From sequence record NZ_CP118990.1: 64,000 nt of DNA; one strand, given 5' to 3'. The position numbers and the translations under genes were made by a program. Each line of letters opens with the position of its first letter. Position 1 is the first letter of the stretch. Under the pieces are notes generated by a model. It saw only the letters and a list, made by a program, of their open reading frames with translations, was not told the origin of the DNA and did no database searches. Below, in pieces: positions 57,886-64,000 of the stretch. The stretch is from a plasmid.

Positions 57886-59100
57886 CCAGCTAATACCCAA
57901 CAGACTATCCCCATGTTTAACCACGAACTAATCCTCAACCACATCGACGATATATTTGGACAGGACATGCATGCCAAGCGTGTTCTTTCCCTCGCCAATG
58001 CTACCCTCGGGGTTATCGAGTCAGGTTCACTGGCCATCCACGCCATCGGTAGTGGCCTCTCCTTGGCCAACGGTCTCGAACGTAAACATGCGGTTAAACA
58101 GGTGGATCGCCTGCTCACTAACACCAAGCTCAATGTCTGGAGCCTCTTTGACGATTGGGTGCCCTATGTGGTCGGTGAACGTACCGAGATCGTAGTCTCC
58201 ATGGACTGGACCGAATTCGATGCCGATGATCACAGTACCTTGGTTATCAGCCTGCAAACCAACCACGGTCGCAGTACTCCGCTGCTGTGGAAAACCCATC
58301 GGAAATCGTTGCTCAAAGGGCAACGCAATGCCCATGAGAAAGAGCTGCTCACCAAGCTCAAGCAGACGTTGCCAGAGGGTATCTTCGTGACGGTAGTCGC
58401 TGACCGCGGCTTTGGTTACATGGAGCTGTTCGAACGCCTGGAGCAAGAGCTAGGCTTTGCTTATCTCATTAGATTTAAAGGAAATGTTTTGGTTGGTTAC
58501 CCTGGTGTAGAGCAGGTTCCAGCTCGGGACTGGCTAACGCCGACCGGGCGCACCCGAACCCTCAAAGCGGTGGAGCTAACTGGGCAGCGACAGCCTGTCG
58601 AACGGGTCTATTGTTGTCATAAGAGTGGCATGAAAGACGCGTGGTTTCTGGCCAGTAACCGGACCGACCTGAGCGCCGCCAAGGCGTTGCAACTATACGG
58701 CCAGCGCTGGGGTATCGAGACCAGTTTTCGTGATATCAAAGATTACAAATTCGGCATGGGTATGGGAGATGTGCACATCAGTAATCCGGTCCGGCGCGAC
58801 CGACTGTTTTTATTCAGTGCCCTGGCCATCGTCTTGCTGACGCTGCTGGGTAAGGCTGGAGACAGTGTCGGTCTAGAGAGAACGATCAAGGTCAATACCA
58901 GCAAGAGCCGAACCTATTCGTTCTTTCGGCAAGGGGTCATCTATTACCAGTTGCTACCTAAAATGAAAGAAGCCAATGCGGTCTTGTTGATGGATAAATT
59001 TATCTACTACCTGAAGCAACACCGCTTATATACCCGCACACTTGGAATTATTTGAGTCTCTAAAAATGAGGGGATCTCTGAGCATCTTATCTGATGGTGG
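57880..59100 (+). mobile_element. IS4-family insertion sequence (IS10-like transposase; boundaries approximate)
   Basis: Encodes 380-aa IS4-family DDE transposase. Confidence 0.6.
57913..59055 (+). CDS. IS4-family DDE transposase (IS10/IS231-like)
   Basis: DWTEF, ADRGF, YGQRWGIETSFRDIKD motifs align with the IS10 transposase catalytic region. Confidence 0.8.
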   Translation: MFNHELILNHIDDIFGQDMHAKRVLSLANATLGVIESGSLAIHAIGSGLSLANGLERKHAVKQVDRLLTNTKLNVWSLFDDWVPYVVGERTEIVVSMDWTEFDADDHSTLVISLQTNHGRSTPLLWKTHRKSLLKGQRNAHEKELLTKLKQTLPEGIFVTVVADRGFGYMELFERLEQELGFAYLIRFKGNVLVGYPGVEQVPARDWLTPTGRTRTLKAVELTGQRQPVERVYCCHKSGMKDAWFLASNRTDLSAAKALQLYGQRWGIETSFRDIKDYKFGMGMGDVHISNPVRRDRLFLFSALAIVLLTLLGKAGDSVGLERTIKVNTSKSRTYSFFRQGVIYYQLLPKMKEANAVLLMDKFIYYLKQHRLYTRTLGII

Positions 59101-59159
59101 CGTGTCAGCTTCAATTACAGCAAGGGCAATCAGAATCAGTAAAAGTGACCTCAATTGAA

Positions 59160-59521
59160 CCAGAATATGAGCTGAAGGCTCCCTTTAGAGAGGACTACTG
59201 CTGGCCGCCGGGGTGCTCGCCGATCGCATCAGCTTCAGCTCCGATGCCAACGCCATCCTGCCGCGCTTTGATAGCGAGGGGCGCCTCATCGAGCTGCGCT
59301 GCGGCCAGATTGCCAGCCTGTGGCAGGAGTGCGTCCGCGCCTGCGCCCTCGGGGTGTCGCTCGAGGTCGCCCTCGGGGCGGTCACGGGCAATCCGGCGCG
59401 GGCCCTGGGGCTGGCAGGCAAGGGAGCGATAGCGGTGGGGCAGGATGCGGATCTGCTGCTTATCGACCCGAATACGCTGGCCATCCAGCGGGTGATGAGC
59501 GGCGGCCAGTGGCGGGCTTGA
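59160..59521 (+). pseudogene. C-terminal remnant of an amidohydrolase-family gene (isoaspartyl dipeptidase/deacetylase-like) stranded between two IS
   Basis: GNPARALGL...GAIAVGQDADLLLID C-terminal amidohydrolase signature; no N-terminus. Confidence 0.4.
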
Positions 59522-59539
59522 AGCCAGTGTGCGCCCGTC

Positions 59540-60960
59540 AGTAAACAGAAAGCCCGGCACTGCTGCCGCAATGCTGTTCACTTAAGCGGAGCCGCATTGC
59601 GATCTACCGGAAAACGGGTCTTTGATATCTTCACCGCCCTGGGTCTCGATGGCCTGGGGCGTTTTTCTATGAACATGACGCCTATGCAGCCCCGCAACTC
59701 CGCCAACCTCCGTGGCGTATGGGCTGGCGATAACGCGCCCGCCATCACTGCCATCTGGTTCGCGATGAACTGACAGGCAAACTTAAAGCTCACCTCATTG
59801 GGCGCTCGCTGATGGGCTACGGCGGCCTGGCTGGCCTCCCGCCTGACCAGATTGTATCCAAGCAGCAATCCCCACAGCTCCTGATAGACCAAGTCCACTT
59901 TCTTGCTTCTCAGCGTGATGGCGTTGTGCTGCATCGCGCTTTTGATATCCCGGTATCCCAGCTCGATTTCCCAGCGCTCGTGGTACAGGGTCGCCACCTG
60001 AGCTGCGCTGAATCGCGCCACGGGCAGGGAGGTAAAGACCGTTTTCTCCTTGCCTGCCACCTCATAGGTCACTGCGCGAACTTGCCAGTGTGTCGGCAAC
60101 GCCGGGTTTTTCTTGCGAGCCTGAGGCGAGACCGTCATTTGCAACAGACGGTCACCGTCGCCATAGCGCTCAAGTTCCGTGTATACCAGCCCCTTGCGTT
60201 CCGGGATGAGCCAGTGACGGTCGGTGTCTTCGGCCTGAATACGCAGCAACAGGTCGGCACCGAAGAAGCCTTTATCCAGCAGGGTCACTGACTTGTCCGG
60301 CAATGAGTGAATGAACTCGCTGGCCAGGGGGATTTCCCCTTTGCGGTACGGGCTGATGGCCGCGTTGGCAATGACATGCGAGCGGACATTCATGAGCGTG
60401 ACCAACCGCAGCATCGGGTAGGGTGTCTGCCGGTTGGTTGAGGTGTTACCCGAGCCGAAATGTGCTCTGAGTTCAGGCATATCCTGGGTCCGGAACAGGG
60501 CCCCATCGATGGCAAAGACCTGTAAACCGTGCCACTGGTCTTGAGGATAACGTTCCCGCCCCCACACATCGGCGCACTGCTTGAACAGCCACTCGAGCGG
60601 CTGTTTGCCGAGTCGCTGACGGGCCTGAGACAGGGCACTGTCCGCGAGCAAGGCATCATTGGCCAACCCTTCTGCACAGATGTTGAGGCGCCGAGCGACC
60701 TCGGAGATGGGCTCATTGCGGAAAAAGGCCATCCCCACGACGAGCCACAAGACCATATCAGAAGGTAAGCGGCGTCGGCGGATAGTGGCCTTTTCAGACA
60801 AGGCGGCAGCGGCAGTAATCCATTCGTCGGGAATATGGTCGGCAAAAATGGCCAGCCGAGCCAGCATGTCGCCAGATGCCTCAACAACATCGTTCAGATC
60901 GTTTGCAATAGACATAAAAAATCCGGAACCAGTGATTGGTTCCGGATTGTCCTACAGCAG
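59540..60960 (-). mobile_element. IS4 (IS4 group) insertion sequence (boundaries approximate)
   Basis: Transposase closely resembles E. coli IS4 transposase. Confidence 0.65.
59578..60915 (-). CDS. IS4 transposase
   Basis: Colinear similarity to IS4 Tnp: RRRLP..MV.W.VVGMA, AIDG..FRT.D, SPQARKK, YHERWEIELGYRDIKS, LRSKK. Confidence 0.85.
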   Translation of the reverse strand: MSIANDLNDVVEASGDMLARLAIFADHIPDEWITAAAALSEKATIRRRRLPSDMVLWLVVGMAFFRNEPISEVARRLNICAEGLANDALLADSALSQARQRLGKQPLEWLFKQCADVWGRERYPQDQWHGLQVFAIDGALFRTQDMPELRAHFGSGNTSTNRQTPYPMLRLVTLMNVRSHVIANAAISPYRKGEIPLASEFIHSLPDKSVTLLDKGFFGADLLLRIQAEDTDRHWLIPERKGLVYTELERYGDGDRLLQMTVSPQARKKNPALPTHWQVRAVTYEVAGKEKTVFTSLPVARFSAAQVATLYHERWEIELGYRDIKSAMQHNAITLRSKKVDLVYQELWGLLLGYNLVRREASQAAVAHQRAPNEVSFKFACQFIANQMAVMAGALSPAHTPRRLAELRGCIGVMFIEKRPRPSRPRAVKISKTRFPVDRNAAPLK

Positions 60961-61042
60961 AAGGATCGGTCAATGGATCCTTAACTGATCAGCATTGGGC
61001 ACTGCTGCCGGGCTTTTGTTCGCCTGGGTGTTATCTCCAGGC

Positions 61043-61960
61043 TCAGATAGCCAGGAAGCCCAGGATCAAAATGGGGCCGAGCAGGCTCAGTATAAAGCCC
61101 GAGACGATGGCCACCGGCACCACCTGAATGCCGCCGGATTTCTGGATCACCGGCAGGGTGAAGTCGAGCGCGGTGGCGCCGCCGTAACCGATGGCGGCGG
61201 AGGGGTGGCGACGCATCAGCACCGGAATGAGGAGGATGGCGATGAGCTCGCGCCCCAGATCGTTGATGAAGGCGGCGGAGCCGAGCACCGGCCCCAGCTT
61301 GTCGGCCACCAGGATGCCGGAGAGCGAATACCAGCCGAAGCTGGAGCTCATGGCCAATCCGTGGGCAAAGGGCATGCCCAACAGCTGTGAGGCCAGCAGG
61401 CTGCCGAGCCAGCTGCTGAGGATGACGGTGGCGGCTATCTTCATGCCCCAGGGGTTGAGCAGGATCTGGCGCAGACGCATGCCGGAGTTGCGCATCTGGA
61501 TGCCGATGAGCAGCAGCAACAGCATCAGGGCCCACTCGCTCCACTTGTCGATGGGCAGGGCGCGCAAGTCCACCAGCAGCCCCAGCAGCACGCCGCCGAG
61601 CACCACGAAGCAGAGCTGGAGAGACTCCCACAAGAGGTGCAGCTTGCTCGGCATCTTGCCGTCGCTCGCCTCATGGGTGGGCGGACTACGCCTGTCCAGC
61701 CACCAGAGCGCCAGCAGGTTGCAGACAGTGATGGCGGCCAGCATCACCCCGGCCACCTTGAAGATCACCGCCAGGTTGCTGCCGAGGTTCTCCACGTAGG
61801 CGAGCCCCAGCCCCATCAGGAACAGGATGAGATAGACCATCTTGCCCAGCGATTGATTGACCAGCTTGATGAGCCGCTGACTGGAGAGGGGAACAAGATA
61901 GCCGATGGCCAGGGGTAACAGGATCAGCAACACATTCAGCAACATTGGGGCCTCGGTCAC
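61043..61960 (-). CDS. lysO: Lysine exporter LysO/YbjE-family membrane protein
   Basis: ~300 aa, ~10 TM, conserved DUF340-like signature. Confidence 0.6.
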   Translation of the reverse strand: MTEAPMLLNVLLILLPLAIGYLVPLSSQRLIKLVNQSLGKMVYLILFLMGLGLAYVENLGSNLAVIFKVAGVMLAAITVCNLLALWWLDRRSPPTHEASDGKMPSKLHLLWESLQLCFVVLGGVLLGLLVDLRALPIDKWSEWALMLLLLLIGIQMRNSGMRLRQILLNPWGMKIAATVILSSWLGSLLASQLLGMPFAHGLAMSSSFGWYSLSGILVADKLGPVLGSAAFINDLGRELIAILLIPVLMRRHPSAAIGYGGATALDFTLPVIQKSGGIQVVPVAIVSGFILSLLGPILILGFLAI

Positions 61961-62477
61961 AAAACTGGTAAAAACGGCACCTTATCACGACTTGTTGCAT
62001 CTGTGTCACATATCCGAGTATTTGAATGCCCCAGACGGGGCTTTTTTATCACATTGTTATGTTTTTTCGATGACTGACGAAATGGACTGGCTGCGTGAAA
62101 CGGGGGATCATCACCAGTAAAATCAATTCCATCCTCATATAATTGTGCGATGGCTTCACCAGAGGAGGATGAATAAAGTCGTTTTGGGTGACATCTGGTG
62201 TGGATAGTGGAATATTCTTGCCAGTAGGGCGTTGCAGGTATAAAAGTGCGGTATCCGAGAACCGACTGAAAATGGATTTTATGCAGATAAAGTGCTGAAA
62301 AATACCGATGAGGCCAATAAAAATACAGATAAAACACCAAATACCTCGGTTCTGTATTGTTTTTTGACTACCTGAATGATATTTTCGCTGAAGGTTGCCA
62401 TCGGTTAACGTTTTGTTAAATAGACGATGGTGGGATCACGCCGTAGCGGCGTCTAGGGACAGACAAGGTTGTAATGG

Positions 62478-62778
62478 ATGAGCGACGTTGCCGCACTGGA
62501 AGTTCGTGAACTGCACAAGTATTTTGGCACCCACGAAGTGCTCAAGGGCATCGATATGACGGCCCACAAGGGGGATGTGATCTCCCTGATCGGCTCCTCG
62601 GGTTCGGGGAAGTCGACCTTTCTACGCTGTATCAATCTGCTGGAAACCCCCTCTTCCGGCACGGTTTCCCTCCATGGCGAACTGATCCGCATGAAAAGCA
62701 ATCGGGCCGGTGAGCGCCTGCCTGAGGACATGCGTCAGGTGGAGCGGATCCGCAGCCGTCTGGCCATGGTGCAGGGCA
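62478..62778 (+). pseudogene. N-terminal part of polar amino-acid ABC transporter ATP-binding protein (HisP/ArtP-like), interrupted by IS
   Basis: Walker A GSSGSGKST, Q-loop region; ORF continues into IS-derived sequence after ..LAMVQ. Confidence 0.7.
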
Positions 62779-63647
62779 AGATTACGAAACCCCGCGATTT
62801 TAAAGGGCTGCGAAAGAGGTCGTTTTTCGAGATGACGTTTGTTGAGGCTTAAGTAAATCTTTTTTGTGCATTTTTTCTTGCTAAATAAGGATCGCTTTGA
62901 CGATCTTGCCAGATCGTGATCTTATCCTGTTTTTTATCGGGATAGTATCACAGTGACAGGACTCAGCCTTTTGGACCACATAAGCCTCATTAAAGACCCA
63001 CGCCAATCATGGAAGATCAGTCACAAACTGGCCGATATTATCTTTTTGACAGTAACGGCACTCATTGCCGGTGCCGAGGGTTGGGAAGAGATTGAAGATT
63101 TTGGGACCGATCACTTAACCTGGCTTCGTCAATATGGCGACTTTGAAAACGGGATCCCAAGCCACGATACGATAGCGCGGCTAATGGGATTGTTATCAGG
63201 CCAGCAGTTGCAACGTTTCTTTGTGCAGTGGATGCAAACCTGCCATGAAATGAGTGATGGGACGCTGGTCGCGATCGATGGCAAGACGCTTCGTGGCACA
63301 GCAGATAAGCGCATTAAAAACAGTGCGATCCATATGGTGAGTGCCTTCTGTGCGGCCAATCGCGTGGTGCTTGGACAAGTAAAAACAGAGGCCAAATCGA
63401 ATGAGATCACAGCGATACCAGAATTACTTAACCTATTGGAATTGAAGGGTTGCCTGGTCAGTATCGATGCCATGGGGTGCCAACGGAAAATAGCGAAACA
63501 GATAGTGGAAAAGGGCGCTGACTATCTGCTGGCGGTGAAAGGTAATCAGGGTAAGTTAGAGCAGGCTTTTGATGCATGGTACAGCCCGCAGATGTTCAAA
63601 AGTGGGATGGAAGAGAGTGATGGTCACTATGCCACGCAGGAGTCAGG
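62779..63647 (+). mobile_element. Truncated ISAs1-family element (3' ~1/3 deleted) inserted in hisP/artP-like gene
   Basis: Transposase ORF lacks C-terminal ~140 aa relative to copy 1; host gene resumes in frame at FNLWSH. Confidence 0.6.
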
Positions 63648-63650
63648 TCA
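62953..63650 (+). pseudogene. ISAs1-family transposase, C-terminally truncated
   Basis: ~75% identity to residues 1-215 of transposase 54968-56104, then reads into ABC gene. Confidence 0.75.
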
Positions 63651-64000
63651 TAGAGCTTCAACCTCTGGTCGCACATGACCATCATGCAGAACATCATCGA
63701 GGTGCCCATCCAGGTGCTCAAGGTACCCCGTGCCGAGGCCATCGCCAAGGCGGAGCAGTTGCTCAACCGGGTGGGGCTGTGGGAGCGGCGCGACTACTAC
63801 CCCGGTCACCTCTCCGGCGGCCAGCAGCAGCGGGCGGCCATCGCCCGCGCGCTGGCGGTGGATCCCGAGGTGATGCTGTTCGATGAACCCACCTCGGCGC
63901 TCGATCCCGAACTGGTGGGGGAGGTGCTCGGCCTGATGCGCGAGCTGGCCGAGGAGGGGCGCACCATGCTGGTGGTCACCCACGAGATGTCGTTTGCCCG
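63648..64000 (+). pseudogene. C-terminal part of HisP/ArtP-like ABC ATPase (runs off window end)
   Basis: [21 protein letters not shown]..., signature LSGGQQQR, Walker [12 protein letters not shown]. Confidence 0.75.

Noticed and set aside
62025-62047. Plus-strand terminator-like hairpin (gccccagacggggc + T6) upstream of lysO start
   Set aside because: No plus-strand gene feeds it and lysO is on the other strand; could be a relic of rearrangement by the adjacent IS4; kept out of the feature list.

Overview
The first ~54 kb looks like a conjugative plasmid or ICE backbone of the IncA/C-SXT/R391-pAQU/pAsa4 type, followed by ~10 kb of chromosome-like DNA riddled with IS elements. No tRNA, rRNA or CRISPR array was found.

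Backbone features:
- A RepA-like initiator (1-1080) sits next to a very large iteron field with DnaA boxes and a GATC-rich DUE-like segment, which I read as oriV (1.1-3.8 kb).
- A cargo block (3.8-31.6 kb) includes rdgC, a DsbA-like thioredoxin, an SNase-like nuclease, an HU protein, parA-parB, two frameshifted genes (a PAPS-reductase-like gene and a DNA methyltransferase), and many unknown genes.
- A second iteron-like array with a GATC-rich repeat block lies at 11.96-12.26 kb next to a 711-aa unknown ORF. It is a candidate second origin or centromere.
- A topB operon and a lipoprotein gene lie immediately upstream of the transfer genes.
- The transfer genes are an SXT-type module: MOBH relaxase traI, coupling protein traD, s043/traJ-like genes, then traL-E-K-B-V-A. 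This is followed by a 1,830-aa Ig/PKD-repeat putative adhesin.

The most striking locus is a three-gene minus-strand operon (24939-30979) encoding a MmeI-family N6-adenine MTase-TRD protein that lacks the MmeI nuclease motif, an SF2 DEAH helicase, and a T5orf172/GIY-YIG-domain protein. I interpret it as a candidate split restriction/defence system, sitting at the position equivalent to the SXT defence hotspot upstream of traI.

A second notable signal is a perfect 20-bp palindrome, AAATTTCACATGTGAAATTT, found at nine or more intergenic sites upstream of plus-strand operons, including parAB. It may be the operator of an element-wide regulon. Its half-site resembles chromosomal parS, so a KorB-like ParB is one candidate binder.

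From ~54.2 kb the sequence has a truncated paralog of the adhesin N-terminus, an ISAs1-family IS (which hints at an Aeromonas-like host, not proven), an AT-rich OMP/lipoprotein islet, two IS4-family IS, an amidohydrolase gene remnant, a lysO/ybjE-like gene, and a hisP/artP-like ABC ATPase gene split by a truncated second ISAs1 copy.

Several long G/C homopolymers and multi-frame gene fragments suggest either true pseudogenes or indel sequencing errors.
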